This document shows, in pieces, positions 19,706 to 31,147 of a DNA stretch of 64,000 bases. Under the pieces are notes generated by a model that saw nothing but the letters and a program-made list of their open reading frames with translations, was not told where the DNA came from and did no database searches. Numbering within the stretch: the first letter of the stretch is position 1; each line of letters starts with the position of its first letter. Location of the stretch: assembly GCA_965263355.1 (NCBI GenBank), contig CBDHHL010000056.1, positions 2,272,001 to 2,336,000 of the forward strand, written 5' to 3'. A program made the translations under genes and the position numbers. The DNA is from Leptolyngbyaceae cyanobacterium. Lineage in GTDB: Bacteria > Cyanobacteriota > Cyanobacteriia > Phormidesmidales > Phormidesmidaceae.

Positions 19706-22700
19706 TTACCAGACTTCGTCTTGGTCGCCCCATTCATCGTCGCTGTAACGTTGTGAGCTACTGCTGTTTTGTCGACGAACATTGCCAGCATAGTCTTGAG
19801 TAGGGGCATTGGCTGACTCACTCGGCTTGTCAGCCCAAGGATCGTCATCTATTATGGGCGCATTAGAATTCCAGTTAATGTCTGCCGCTCTGCCAACGTT
19901 AGCAGCATCTTCGGCGATGGGATAACCGGTTGTTGGTTGAGCTGGATATCCATCAATATTAGAGGGCTTGTAACGCTCTGAATTAGGCGGACTAACTGAC
20001 TCTCTCCCTGCAGAATCAGAGCCATAGCGCGCCTGCGCTCTAGTATCTTGACCATATGATGGTGTGGAACCTGGTTCTTGGCGATAACTACCTGCAGGCT
20101 GTCCGTAGGATTCTCGTCCGTAACTCTGTTGCTCACTCTGTTGATCGTAGTTGTCTCTTACGCTTCTGTCTCTGTAGGTGCCACCATCATAGGCTGCCTG
20201 ACGATCATAGTCGAAACCACGGTCATCGCCATCTTGATTCATCTGGCGATAACTACTTCGATTGTAGGCTTCTTGCCCATAATTGGATTGGCCATAGTCA
20301 GATGGGTTATACCTGGATTGGTTATAGCCCGTTGGCCCATACCTATCCTGAGCAGATTGATAACCATCGCTATCCTGCGATGGAGACTGATCATCGTAAG
20401 CGCGCGACCTGTAACGACCACCTTGATTAGTATCCTGTGTAGTTTGGTCATGCCGCTGGTTTTGATCATCGTAGCGCCCTTGATTAGAACGTCCTTGCTC
20501 AAATTGGTCCTGACGATATCCCTCTTGGTCATAGTATGAGCCCTGACCATAGCCATCTCGGTTGTAATTATCCGCTGCAGCATCATATCGACGACCTGAG
20601 CTGTTGTCATAACTACGACTGTCATAGCTGCTGCGGTTATCACCACGACTGTCATAGCTACGGCCATCGTAACTACGGTTATCATATCCCCCTCGGTTAT
20701 CGTAACCACCACGGGAAGTGTCGTAAGCTGAGCTACCACCACCTGGACGAGACACTGGTTGGTTCCAGCTATCATCCCAATCATCCCAACCACTACGATT
20801 ATCACGACGACCAGCAGACCAACTAGGGCTATCCCACTGACTTTGACCATTCCAGTCGTAATCACGACGATAGTAATCGTCGTCATCGTCAAAGGCTTTT
20901 TTAATGGTGTCGCCAATTTGGCTAAAAATATTGCCGTCGTCATTATCGGCGTCGTATAAATAGGCCTCACGATTCAGCTCATACAGTTCATCCTGCAGTT
21001 CAGACTGAATCATATCGACCATGCGCTCATCGTCACGTTTGAGAGCATCACGCAGATCTTGAATCAAATTATCAATGCGACGTTTGCGATCGCGAGCAAA
21101 TTGCAAACCAAAATCAATGGACACACTACGCATCGCCCGCTCCGCCTGGAAGGTAAGGGTCTCAGCCCGATTGCGCTTCTCAATGCGTTGCCGCTGCCCC
21201 CGGTCTACATCAGCAAATTCTTCAGCTTCCTTGAGCATCCGCTGGACATCGTCTTCGGATAGGTTAGACGCCTCTTGCACCGTAATACTTTGCTCACGAC
21301 CCGTGGTTTTATCCATGGCCGAGACTTGCAAAATACCATTGGCATCAATATCAAAAGACACCTGTATCTGTGGAATACCCCGTGGAGCTGGGGGAATGCC
21401 CATCAGCTTGAACCGCCCCAGGGATTTATTATCGATCCCCATTTCCCGCTCCCCCTGGATCACATGCACTTCCACAACCGTCTGATTATTTTCGGAGGTT
21501 GAGAAAACATCCGAGCGCCTTACAGGAATCGTCGTATTGCGAGGAATCACCTTTTTCATCACACCGCCAATGGTTTCTAACCCCAAAGACAAGGGCGTGA
21601 CATCTAAAAGCATAATGTCCTTCACTTCTTCAGTGAGGATACCGGATTGAATAGCAGCACCCACAGCAACCGCTTCATCGGGGTTAACGTTCTGGTTAGG
21701 CTCTTTACTCAGAACAGAGCGCACCAGCTGCTGCACCATGGGCATGCGACTAGAGCCGCCCACAAGAACCACCTCATCAATTTGCGAGGGAGACAGACGG
21801 GCATCATTCATTGCCTGTTGCAGGGGAGCCCGGAGACGACCAATCAGATCAGCACAGAGGGACTCAAAGTGCGATCGCGACAACTTTTTCTCAATATGCT
21901 TTGGCCCATCTGGAGTAGCTGTAATAAACGGCAGATTAACTTCCACCGTGGGCAGCCCTGACAGTTCAATTTTTGCCTTTTCAGCCGCTTCAGTTAATCG
22001 CTGTAGTGCCTGTCGGTCTCGCCGCAGATCAATCCCTTCCGTTTCTAAAAACTCATCTGCCAGCCAGTCAACTATTTTCTTGTCGAAATTGACACCGCCC
22101 AACTGAGTATCACCACTGGTAGAGCGCACTTCAAAGACACCATTGCGCACATCCAAGATAGAGACATCAAAGGTGCCACCCCCCAGGTCAAAGACCAAGA
22201 TAGTTTGATTGAACTGATGCTCCAGTCCGTAAGCTAATGCCGCTGCCGTCGGCTCGTTGATAATCCGTTTAACCTCTAGACCCGCAATCCGTCCTGCATC
22301 CCGCGTAGCCTGTCGTTGAGCATCATTAAAATAAGCAGGCACCGTAATTACAGCACCGGTCACAGACTGCCCGAGGTAACGACTTGCCTCTTCCGCCAGC
22401 TTACGCAGCACCATGGCCGATATTTCTTCAGGCGCAAAATCCTTATCTAGCCTAGGACAGCGAACTTTGATATCGCCCACATCATCCTTTCGCACAGTAT
22501 AGGGAACACGCTTTGACTCAGAACTAAGTTCTGTATATTTACGCCCCAGATAGCGCTTGACATTGTAAAAAGTATTTTGAGGATTGAGCACTGCCTGTCG
22601 CCGGGCCATTTGACCCACTAGGCGCTCACCCTCTTTGCTAAATGCTACATACGAAGGGGTAGTTCGCATCCCCTCCGTATTGGCGATGACCACCGGTTTG

Positions 22701-22765
22701 CCACCTTCGATGACTGAGACAACTGAGTTGGTAGTACCGAGGTCAATACCGACGACCTTACCCAT
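19706..22765 (-). CDS. dnaK: DnaK (cyanobacterial DnaK3 type) with very long low-complexity C-terminal tail
   Basis: [26 protein letters not shown], followed by ~390 aa rich in Y/D/G/R/S/Q. Confidence 0.93.
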   Translation of the reverse strand: MGKVVGIDLGTTNSVVSVIEGGKPVVIANTEGMRTTPSYVAFSKEGERLVGQMARRQAVLNPQNTFYNVKRYLGRKYTELSSESKRVPYTVRKDDVGDIKVRCPRLDKDFAPEEISAMVLRKLAEEASRYLGQSVTGAVITVPAYFNDAQRQATRDAGRIAGLEVKRIINEPTAAALAYGLEHQFNQTILVFDLGGGTFDVSILDVRNGVFEVRSTSGDTQLGGVNFDKKIVDWLADEFLETEGIDLRRDRQALQRLTEAAEKAKIELSGLPTVEVNLPFITATPDGPKHIEKKLSRSHFESLCADLIGRLRAPLQQAMNDARLSPSQIDEVVLVGGSSRMPMVQQLVRSVLSKEPNQNVNPDEAVAVGAAIQSGILTEEVKDIMLLDVTPLSLGLETIGGVMKKVIPRNTTIPVRRSDVFSTSENNQTVVEVHVIQGEREMGIDNKSLGRFKLMGIPPAPRGIPQIQVSFDIDANGILQVSAMDKTTGREQSITVQEASNLSEDDVQRMLKEAEEFADVDRGQRQRIEKRNRAETLTFQAERAMRSVSIDFGLQFARDRKRRIDNLIQDLRDALKRDDERMVDMIQSELQDELYELNREAYLYDADNDDGNIFSQIGDTIKKAFDDDDDYYRRDYDWNGQSQWDSPSWSAGRRDNRSGWDDWDDSWNQPVSRPGGGSSAYDTSRGGYDNRGGYDNRSYDGRSYDSRGDNRSSYDSRSYDNSSGRRYDAAADNYNRDGYGQGSYYDQEGYRQDQFEQGRSNQGRYDDQNQRHDQTTQDTNQGGRYRSRAYDDQSPSQDSDGYQSAQDRYGPTGYNQSRYNPSDYGQSNYGQEAYNRSSYRQMNQDGDDRGFDYDRQAAYDGGTYRDRSVRDNYDQQSEQQSYGRESYGQPAGSYRQEPGSTPSYGQDTRAQARYGSDSAGRESVSPPNSERYKPSNIDGYPAQPTTGYPIAEDAANVGRAADINWNSNAPIIDDDPWADKPSESANAPTQDYAGNVRRQNSSSSQRYSDDEWGDQDEVW

Positions 22766-22961
22766 CCGCTAGGTTTCTCCCACTGCGCGTGTGGCGGCAA
22801 CAGCCACCTACACAATTAATCATATATATACTAGTCGCTTAGTAGTCTAAGCCACTATCGTGCTGCAGCTTAACCACATGTACACATCCTTATAATGGTC
22901 TGATTAGGATGAAATTGTCCATTCCAGAGAACCGACCATAGCTTATACGACTTCTCAAAAC

Positions 22962-23276
22962 CTAAACTCTTAGCAACCTGGGGCAACTGCATCGACCAGG
23001 AAACCCTGAAAGACCCCAAAAATCGTCATCATTATCACCAGAATCGTAAAGATAAGCTTCACGATTCAGTTCATATAGTTCATCTTGCAAATCGCATTGA
23101 ATTTCATCAAACAGGCCATCTTCTTGATTATCGAGGGTGTTTTGTAGAGCTTGAACCAATGTTTCAATGCGGCGTTTGCGATCTCGCGCAAACTGCAATC
23201 CAACGTCAATGGAAACACCGCGTATAATTCTCTCTGCATAGAATGCAAGCGCTTCAGCTGTGGCATACGTCAACAA
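22962..23276 (-). CDS. Stand-alone copy of the DnaK C-terminal helical lid (small CDS or pseudogene)
   Basis: [16 protein letters not shown] and [16 protein letters not shown] match dnaK sequence at about 20935-21166. Confidence 0.6.
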   Translation of the reverse strand: MLTYATAEALAFYAERIIRGVSIDVGLQFARDRKRRIETLVQALQNTLDNQEDGLFDEIQCDLQDELYELNREAYLYDSGDNDDDFWGLSGFPGRCSCPRLLRV

Positions 23277-23378
23277 TTATGATAATTTGCTTATGATTTG
23301 CGGATAGGCAAAAGTCTTGAAGCTAAAAACTAGCTATAACTGATCCGAATTCTCTGATAGTATGGAAGCCGGAAGTAA

Positions 23379-23461
23379 GCGGATGTGGCGGAATTGGTAG
23401 ACGCGCTAGGTTTAGGTTCTAGTGTCTTCGTGACGTGAAGGTTCAAGTCCTTTCATCCGCA
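23379..23461 (+). tRNA. tRNA-Leu (anticodon TAG)
   Basis: GCGGATG acceptor stem pairs with CATCCGC-A; D loop AATTGGTAGAC; anticodon loop TTTAGGT; long variable arm; GTTCAA T loop. Confidence 0.93.
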
Positions 23462-23467
23462 TTATCA

Positions 23468-23499
23468 CCCCAGTTTCTAGGAGGAAGCTGGGGTTTTTT
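23468..23499 (+). terminator. Terminator after tRNA-Leu
   Basis: ccccagtttc...gaagctgggg followed by T6. Confidence 0.7.
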
Positions 23500-23607
23500 A
23501 CACTAATTCCGACGAGAACCTGGGTTCTTTCGGTTGGTTGCAAATTTGGTAACCTACCCTACTGGCCAGGGTTTCCATCTCATACTGGAGCCAAGAGTCC
23601 AGATGAG

Positions 23608-24534
23608 ATGTGGGAAAAAATCATGGCAAAGGTAATGAAATCGGGTTTAGCGTTACTCGTGGCGGTTGTTAGTTTAGCCAGCTGCGGCGCTGCTAATGAA
23701 TTAAGCAGGGAAATCAGCTCTAAACCAGAAGCCCCTATGGAGTCAGCTGCCGTCGCTGACTCTGCCAATATTTTGGCTCAAGAAAGCAGCATTCAGGCAG
23801 AATCAGTTGCAGCGGATGCTCGTAACCCAGTTGAACCGCCTAATGATATTGCCGCCGGACAACCTCAGTTAATCAAGCGGGCTCAGCTGAGTCTAGTGGT
23901 AGAGTCCATCGATGATGGCTTAAAGCGAGCATCCCAAATCATTCGTACCCAGCAAGGCGACATTTTAGATCTACAGGACAATCAAATTGAGGCCGTTCAT
24001 CGCACTGCCTATATCCGTATTCGAGTTCCCCAAGCAAATTTAGATACATTGTTAGAGTCCCTTGGAGAACTGGGCACTGTTCAGCAACAGGGGTTAAGCG
24101 CAGAAGATGTTTCCACCCAAATCGTCGACGCCCAAGCGAGGCTACGCAACCTGCGTAAATCAGAGGAATCATTGCTCAAAATTATGGAGCGTTCTGGCGA
24201 GATTTCCCATGTATTAGAAGTGTCTCGTGAACTCAGTCGGGTACGCGAACAAATCGAACAAATTGATGCACGTGTGCAAAACCTACAGACCCAAGTTCGT
24301 TACTCCACAGTAGATTTGACCTTAGCAGCAGCTGTGGCGGCACAACCCATCGGTCGACCTTTGGGCGAAACAATTAGTACCACCTGGCGGGACGCAACTC
24401 AGTCCGTGGGCGACGTCACCGTAGGGCTTATGCAACTTGGTTTGTGGTTATTAGCCTATAGTCCTTATTTACTGGTGGTAGCACTGGTCAGTGTGCTTGG
24501 CTATCGCACTATTCGAAGTCGGCTCAGTGCCTAG
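23608..24534 (+). CDS. DUF4349-domain lipoprotein
   Basis: Lipobox LASC, IRVP, EDVSTQIVDAQARLRNL coiled coil, C-terminal TM segment. Confidence 0.8.
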   Translation: MWEKIMAKVMKSGLALLVAVVSLASCGAANELSREISSKPEAPMESAAVADSANILAQESSIQAESVAADARNPVEPPNDIAAGQPQLIKRAQLSLVVESIDDGLKRASQIIRTQQGDILDLQDNQIEAVHRTAYIRIRVPQANLDTLLESLGELGTVQQQGLSAEDVSTQIVDAQARLRNLRKSEESLLKIMERSGEISHVLEVSRELSRVREQIEQIDARVQNLQTQVRYSTVDLTLAAAVAAQPIGRPLGETISTTWRDATQSVGDVTVGLMQLGLWLLAYSPYLLVVALVSVLGYRTIRSRLSA

Positions 24535-24604
24535 ACCTGGCCACGCCCCCCGGTTTTTATGGGATAACTGGCAAAGATCATCCAGATCACTTAAAACCGG
24601 GAAG

Positions 24605-25606
24605 CTATAAGGAAAGGCCCTTGTAGTCCTGATACCAGGCAACAAATTTTCCAATCCCCACCTCCAGAGAAGTACTAGGAGCAAACCCCACATCGGCTGA
24701 CAAATCGGCCACTTCGGCATAAGTAGCTGTCACATCCCCTGGTTGCATCGGCATCATTTCCTTCACAGCAGTTTTGCCCAAGGCTTGTTCAATTATCTCG
24801 ATGAAGCGCATCAGCTCTACTGGACTATGATTACCAATGTTGTAGACCTTGTAGGGCGCTGCAGTATTAAAGGCATCATCTGTAAGTGGTTTAGGTAAAT
24901 GCCGTAAAACTCGTACTACACCTTCCACAACATCATCTATATAAGTAAAGTCCCGTTGCATTTTGCCGTGGTTATACACCTGGATAGGTCGGTTGTTTGC
25001 GATCGCATCCACAAACTTAAAATAGGCCATATCCGGGCGTCCCCAGGGACCATAGACGGTAAAAAACCTGAGCCCTGTTGTGGGTAAATTATACAAATGG
25101 CTATAGGAATGGGCCATCAACTCATTTGCTTTTTTGGTGGCCGCATATAGCGACACCGGATGATCCACATTATCAGCCGTAGCAAAAGGCACTTGACGAT
25201 TAGCCCCATACACTGAGCTAGAAGATGCATAAACTAAGTGATCAACACCACTATGACGGCAGCCTTCCAGAATGTGAATAAAGCCAACCAAATTACTATC
25301 AGCATAGGCATAGGGATTTTTGAGTGAATACCGCACACCAGCTTGAGCGGCTAAGTGAATTACCCGATCAAACGATTGCGATTGAAATAAAGCATCCATC
25401 TTCACACGGTCCGCCAAGTCTATAGGAGCGAACGAAAAAGATGGATGAGGTAACAGTTGTTCTAATCGCCCCTGTTTAAGAGAGACAGCATAATAGTCAT
25501 TAAGATTATCAATGCCATAGACCATATCCCCATCGGCCAACAGCCGCTGTGCTACAAAGTAACCAATAAAACCAGCAACCCCTGTTACCAAAACGTTCAT
25601 ATACAA
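24605..25606 (-). CDS. NAD-dependent epimerase (UDP-glucuronate 4-epimerase-like)
   Basis: GVAGFIG, HLAAQAGVRYS, YAATKK, GRPDMA. Confidence 0.9.
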   Translation of the reverse strand: MYMNVLVTGVAGFIGYFVAQRLLADGDMVYGIDNLNDYYAVSLKQGRLEQLLPHPSFSFAPIDLADRVKMDALFQSQSFDRVIHLAAQAGVRYSLKNPYAYADSNLVGFIHILEGCRHSGVDHLVYASSSSVYGANRQVPFATADNVDHPVSLYAATKKANELMAHSYSHLYNLPTTGLRFFTVYGPWGRPDMAYFKFVDAIANNRPIQVYNHGKMQRDFTYIDDVVEGVVRVLRHLPKPLTDDAFNTAAPYKVYNIGNHSPVELMRFIEIIEQALGKTAVKEMMPMQPGDVTATYAEVADLSADVGFAPSTSLEVGIGKFVAWYQDYKGLSL

Positions 25607-26081
25607 CTCAGTTACGTTAAACGCGCTTACTATAAGGTATTCCTTCCGTCAGCTTTATCAAATACAAAAGGGAATATACGCTTTACACAATCGTGCTAAG
25701 TGAAAAAGATACAAATGAATCACATCTCAAATTCTGAGACAAAAAAGTTTAGGATTCCTTCAGAAACTGTACTAAAGGTTTAAAGTCCGTTTTGCAAAGA
25801 GCTTTGGCAAAACAAGCTCTTTCTGATTATTTTTGTATGAATTATGTCACTGACAAGGACATAATTGCCGTCAAACACATAGTCTGAAATATCTATAAAA
25901 GTGGCAGTTTATATAAAAATCAACATCCTTAAATAACTACTAGACAAACAAATTCAACTTTATTTAAAAGTATCTCCATACCAACTATATCTTTAATTTT
26001 TAAGGTGAAACAACTGTTCTACATCAGTGCTAGGATTGCCAGAGAACAAATGTGAAAGAAGTAAGAAGGACGTAGTTGTAA

Positions 26082-28238
26082 ATGCAAGAAATTGACAAGT
26101 CAATATCTTTTGATGGACGGGATATTCGACTTAAGGTGGGTCTTTTCGCTCCCCAAGCAGGTGGTTCGGTATTGATTGAATCTGGAGAAACCGCCGTATT
26201 AGTGACTGCAACCCAATCTAGCCCGCGTGAGGGGATTGATTTTCTACCATTACTGGTGGACTACGAAGAGCGTCTTTATGCAGCAGGTCGCATTCCCGGT
26301 GGCTTTTTACGTCGAGAAGGCCGCCCTCCCGAACGGGCCACATTAGTAAGTCGCCTCATTGACAGACCGATGAGGCCTCTGTTTCCCCCATGGATGCGAA
26401 ATGACATTCAAGTCGTAGCGACGACCGTCTCCATGGACCATGATGTTCCCCCTGATGTGCTAGCAGCGACAGGAGCATCCATTGCCACACTATTAGCCCA
26501 AATTCCATTCTATGGCCCGATGGCAGCGGTACGAGTAGGTCTAATCGGTGATGACTTTATTATTAACCCTACCTACAAAGAAATTGAAGAGGGAGATTTA
26601 GACCTGGTTGTTGCAGGCTCACCTGATGGCGTAATCATGGTTGAAGCTGGCGCTAACCAGCTTCCTGAGCAGGATGTGATTGAAGCCATTGACTTTGGTT
26701 ATGAGGTTGTTCGCGATATTATCCAGGCACAAAAGGAGATCATGGCAGAGATGGGTATTGAGTCAGTGACTCTGCCTGCGCCCGAAGCAGATCCCACACT
26801 GGCAGACTTTTTAGCAGATAAGGCAACCGACAGCATCAAAGATATTTTGAAACAGTTTGAGCTGTCAAAACCTGAACGGGATGAGAAACTTGATGGGCTT
26901 AAAGCGCAAATTAGCGAGCAGGTGAACACGTTAGCCGAAGATGATCCAATCCGTGTAACGGTGACTGAAGATGGAAAAGCCTTTGGTAATGCCTACAAAA
27001 GCCTGACCAAAAAACTCATGCGGGCCCAAATCCTTGACGAAGGTGTACGGGTTGATGGTCGCAAACTCGACGAAGTTAGGCCCATTAGCTGCCGCACAGG
27101 AGTATTGCCCAGCCGTGTTCATGGCACGGGGCTTTTCCGTCGGGGACTGACGCAGGTGATGTCGGTGGTCACGTTGGGCACCCCAGGCGATGCTCAATTA
27201 ACTGATGATCTGCATCCAGACGAAGAAAAACGGTATCTACATCACTACAATTTCCCCCCTTATTCGGTGGGCGAAACCCGTCCTATGAGATCTCCAGGAC
27301 GACGTGAGATTGGCCACGGGGCCTTAGCAGAACGTGCCCTAGTGCCTGTTCTACCATCCATGGCTGAGTTTCCCTATGTCATCCGTGTAGTTTCTGAGGT
27401 GCTGTCCTCAAATGGTTCCACATCCATGGGCTCAGTATGCGGATCCACACTCTCACTAATGGACGCTGGCGTTCCCTTGACAAAGCCGGTCAGTGGTGCA
27501 GCTATGGGGTTAATTAAGGAAGGCGATGAGGTCCGCATATTAACGGATATTCAGGGCATTGAAGACTTTCTGGGGGATATGGACTTCAAGGTGGCTGGTA
27601 CTGACAATGGTATTACAGCACTGCAAATGGATATGAAGATTACCGGTCTTTCAATCAAAACGATTGCCGAAGCCATTCACCAGGCTAAACCGGCTAGACT
27701 GCATATCCTTGCCAAGATGTTAGAAGCCATCAACGCTCCTCGCACGGAGCTTTCACCCTATGCACCTAGATTACTCACCTTTAAGATCGATCCCGAAATG
27801 ATCGGTATGGTCATTGGTCCTGGCGGCAAACAGATTAAGAGCATTACCGATGAAACCGCTGCCAAAATTGACATTGCCGATGATGGCACCATTACAGTTT
27901 CCTCAGTAGATGGTGCAGCAGCTGAGAGGGCTCGAATACTGATTGAAGCTATCACCTTCAAACCCGCAGCTGGGGATGTGTACGTGGGTAAGGTAACCCG
28001 TATTATTCCTATCGGTGCTTTTGTCGAGTATCGTCCAGGCAAGGAAGGCATGATTCATATTTCACAGCTGGCTGATTATCGAGTAAACAAAGTCGAAGAT
28101 GAAGTCGCTGTCGGGGAAGAAGTTCTGATAAAAATTCGAGAAATCGATAGTCGTGGTCGTGTCAACTTGACTCGTCTTAACATTCACCCCGATGAAGCAG
28201 CCAAGGCTCGTGCTGCTGCTGGGTTAGCCACGAATTAA
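26082..28238 (+). CDS. pnp: Polyribonucleotide nucleotidyltransferase
   Basis: Two RNase PH domains, [18 protein letters not shown] and S1 domains. Confidence 0.96.
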   Translation: MQEIDKSISFDGRDIRLKVGLFAPQAGGSVLIESGETAVLVTATQSSPREGIDFLPLLVDYEERLYAAGRIPGGFLRREGRPPERATLVSRLIDRPMRPLFPPWMRNDIQVVATTVSMDHDVPPDVLAATGASIATLLAQIPFYGPMAAVRVGLIGDDFIINPTYKEIEEGDLDLVVAGSPDGVIMVEAGANQLPEQDVIEAIDFGYEVVRDIIQAQKEIMAEMGIESVTLPAPEADPTLADFLADKATDSIKDILKQFELSKPERDEKLDGLKAQISEQVNTLAEDDPIRVTVTEDGKAFGNAYKSLTKKLMRAQILDEGVRVDGRKLDEVRPISCRTGVLPSRVHGTGLFRRGLTQVMSVVTLGTPGDAQLTDDLHPDEEKRYLHHYNFPPYSVGETRPMRSPGRREIGHGALAERALVPVLPSMAEFPYVIRVVSEVLSSNGSTSMGSVCGSTLSLMDAGVPLTKPVSGAAMGLIKEGDEVRILTDIQGIEDFLGDMDFKVAGTDNGITALQMDMKITGLSIKTIAEAIHQAKPARLHILAKMLEAINAPRTELSPYAPRLLTFKIDPEMIGMVIGPGGKQIKSITDETAAKIDIADDGTITVSSVDGAAAERARILIEAITFKPAAGDVYVGKVTRIIPIGAFVEYRPGKEGMIHISQLADYRVNKVEDEVAVGEEVLIKIREIDSRGRVNLTRLNIHPDEAAKARAAAGLATN

Positions 28239-28271
28239 AATAAGCCCTGAATCAGTGAACCTTAAGGGTTG

Positions 28272-28301
28272 GAGGGCAACGCAGATGACTGCGTTGCCCT
28301 C
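28272..28301 (+). terminator. Strong 3' hairpin after pnp
   Basis: gagggcaacgcag-atga-ctgcgttgccctc, perfect 13-bp stem, no clear U tail. Confidence 0.6.
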
Positions 28302-28408
28302 AAGCTGATGGCATCTAATCGTTATCGATCTATTGACCTTAATTTGCACTGGGTTAAGGTTTCTCGGTAGGATGCATCATGCAATATCGAGAGCGAAATT
28401 AAACACCC

Positions 28409-29134
28409 GTGCGAAGAATTGTTATCGCTGGTAATTGGAAGATGCATAAAACTCAGGCGGACAGTCTGGCGTTTTTGAATGATTTTTTGCCCCATTTAGA
28501 GGCCACTCCTGAGCATCGGGAGATTATTCTATGTTCTCCCTTTACAGCCCTGACCACACTTTCTCAAACACTCCATGGCTCACGGGTAATGGTAGGTGCT
28601 CAGAATGTACACTGGGAAACTTCCGGCGCATATACGGGAGAAATTTCTGGGGAAATGTTGACAGAAGTTGGCGTGCGCTATGTGATTGTTGGCCATAGTG
28701 AGCGCCGCCAGTATTTCGGTGATACTGATGAAACTGTAAATCTCCGTTTAAAAGCAGCTCAAGCCGCTGGGCTAATCCCGATTCTATGTGTTGGTGAGAC
28801 CAAACAGCAACGCGATGCAGGAAAAACTGAAACCCATGTAGTTAGCCAGATAGACAAGGGTCTAGCAGGTGTAGATCAACGTAATTTAATTATTGCCTAC
28901 GAGCCAATATGGGCGATTGGCACCGGTGATACTTGCGCTGCAGACGAAGCAAACCGTATTTGCTGGCTGATTCGTTCTCAACTAGCCAACAAAGACGTTC
29001 CCATCCAATATGGTGGCTCCGTCAAACCCAGTAATGTGGATGAAATTATGGCCCAACCTGAAGTTGATGGTGCCTTAGTAGGCGGTGCCAGCCTGAATGC
29101 TGATAATTTTGCCCGCATCGTTAACTATCAGTAA
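28409..29134 (+). CDS. tpiA: Triosephosphate isomerase
   Basis: [32 protein letters not shown]. Confidence 0.96.
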   Translation: MRRIVIAGNWKMHKTQADSLAFLNDFLPHLEATPEHREIILCSPFTALTTLSQTLHGSRVMVGAQNVHWETSGAYTGEISGEMLTEVGVRYVIVGHSERRQYFGDTDETVNLRLKAAQAAGLIPILCVGETKQQRDAGKTETHVVSQIDKGLAGVDQRNLIIAYEPIWAIGTGDTCAADEANRICWLIRSQLANKDVPIQYGGSVKPSNVDEIMAQPEVDGALVGGASLNADNFARIVNYQ

Positions 29135-29167
29135 ATTAATGCTGCTATGTTATGTGCAGTCCTGATG

Positions 29168-29262
29168 GACTACCTGCACCCGGTATCGCAGGAAATCCAC
29201 AAGGAAGTGGCCCCTACAGGCTGATGCATTTTTTATCAGGGTTAATGAACTCGGATTTGGTG
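29168..29262. repeat. Dispersed ~95-bp repeat, copy 1
   Basis: Aligns with 55995-56087; shared block ctgat(g/a)catt(t/g)tttatcag(g/c)gttaatgaactcggatttggt. Confidence 0.7.
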
Positions 29263-30669
29263 TTAGATATCTGTTGGGCTTACCCCCTGATTGACAGACA
29301 CCAAACTAGTAGCATTTACGAACTGTGTGTCAGTATGGTGTGTGTCATTACGTATGCAATAGTGGGCATGCACATAGATACGATCGCGACCTTGTTGCTT
29401 AGCATGATATAGAGCCAAATCAGCCGCTTGGAGTAAATCCTGGGAGGCCATCTCGGGTCTAGGAATAACTGTGGCAATGCCCATGGTTAGAGTTACATAG
29501 CCGCTAACATCAGAGGTGGCATGGGGAATAGCAGCTTTTTTTAGCGCTGCCCTAATGGTACGGGCAACACGATGGCCCCCATCGGTCTCCGTATTGGGTA
29601 AAACCACCGCAAATTCTTCACCACCATAACGAGCTACTAAATCTGCAGAGCGATGAATACAGCTGGTCAGTAGATCGCTTACCTGGGCTAAGCACTCATC
29701 TCCTGTAGGGTGGCCATAGCAATCGTTATATCGTTTGAAGTAATCGATATCACATAAAATCAGCGTCAGGGGTTGACGCTCGCGCACGAGCCGATTCCAT
29801 TCAGCATCAAAATAACGGTCAAACTGTCGCCGATTGGCTAGCCCTGTCAAACTATCCGTCAATGCCAGGGTCTTTAAATCTTCGTTATCTTGCCTCAGCT
29901 GATCGTATAGAAAGCTATGGTGTAATGCGATCGCAATTTCATCTAATAGGATTTTGGCCTGGGTGTGCTGCTCTGGCCTCCAAACATGATTCCTATCTTT
30001 ACGCCCAATAGCCACTAAGCCCCAAAGCTTATCAGCCATACGTAAATGATGGACATGAGGTAAATGAATAGGTCCCAGCAGCCAAACGCCAGGAAATTGA
30101 TTCAGCCATGCGTGAGCTGCTGGAAACTGTGACACAGAATGATCATCCAGAACGATAGGCAATGACTGTTGTAGCTGTGTGCTCACAACCTCCAACTCAA
30201 GGTACGCATTTAAAGCATGAGCATGCTTAGCATTCATCGAATGTAAGGACGATGCCACAGACTGCCAACAGCAGGGAGCATTCTCAAGCAGAAAGATCCA
30301 ATCTGCCTGAAAAAAATTCATAAGTTCCTGTATTACGGTTTGGTAAACATCGCTGACAGTCAGTCCTCGTCGGATCCGCTGAATGGTTTCCCGTAAGTCA
30401 GTTTGCTGTTGTAGCTGCTTCTGAAGCTGCTGCATATCATCCAGGCTATCTTCAGAATCAGGGAAACGGGTCATCCTCGAGGAGGGTTCAAAGGGGTGAT
30501 GACAGGTTTGCCCACCTGGGGCCAGAAACCACAGCTGCTCATCACACACTGAGGATTGCGCCCCAAAAAAAAACAGTGTCTGTAGCTGAGGTAATTTTTG
30601 AATCAAAAACCTGTGGTACATAGAATGCCCAGGAATAAAAAAAGTGCAATCAGCGATGCCATCCGTCAA
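29263..30669 (-). CDS. Diguanylate cyclase (GAF-like + GGDEF); start uncertain
   Basis: TDSLTGLANRR, DIDYFKRYND, RSADLVARYGGEEF, ADLALYHAKQQGRDR. Confidence 0.88.
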   Translation of the reverse strand: MTDGIADCTFFIPGHSMYHRFLIQKLPQLQTLFFFGAQSSVCDEQLWFLAPGGQTCHHPFEPSSRMTRFPDSEDSLDDMQQLQKQLQQQTDLRETIQRIRRGLTVSDVYQTVIQELMNFFQADWIFLLENAPCCWQSVASSLHSMNAKHAHALNAYLELEVVSTQLQQSLPIVLDDHSVSQFPAAHAWLNQFPGVWLLGPIHLPHVHHLRMADKLWGLVAIGRKDRNHVWRPEQHTQAKILLDEIAIALHHSFLYDQLRQDNEDLKTLALTDSLTGLANRRQFDRYFDAEWNRLVRERQPLTLILCDIDYFKRYNDCYGHPTGDECLAQVSDLLTSCIHRSADLVARYGGEEFAVVLPNTETDGGHRVARTIRAALKKAAIPHATSDVSGYVTLTMGIATVIPRPEMASQDLLQAADLALYHAKQQGRDRIYVHAHYCIRNDTHHTDTQFVNATSLVSVNQGVSPTDI

Positions 30670-31147
30670 TTTCTACTATCCTTAATATGCCGCCAAATAA
30701 GGCAGTAATTCAACGTAAAAGGAGAAAAACGTATCTATATGCGAGTAAAATCTCAGGACACACTCATAAACGCCCTAACTAGCCTTGAATTCACGTTAAA
30801 CTTAATAATTTTACGGATACACCCTTGCACACCGGTTTTCTCAACCACTTCCATCTACCACTGTTAGACCAGCCTTAGACGCTAGGAATTTATCGGGAAA
30901 GCACACCTGAGCTGATTAGCAGGAACTACAAAAGTGTTTCGCTAGTTGTCTACTATGACCGCTTAATTCAACAGCAGCGTCTGTTAACTGCCCTGGCACA
31001 TCACTGAATTAACAGTATCGACCCCTATTTCATGAACTTCTATCGTAGAAAGACTGAAATTTGTTACGACAAGCCATGCTTAATGGCTAGACAGATTCAC
31101 TAGAACCATTGGTAAAAATCAACAGAACGCGACCACACTAATTAAAG

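Noticed and set aside
20056..20970. Several overlapping ORFs within the dnaK tail
   Set aside because: Alternative-frame or antisense shadows of low-complexity sequence
23379..23600. tRNA-Leu as a genomic island attachment site
   Set aside because: No integrase and no duplicated tRNA 3' end seen; flanking genes look like core genes
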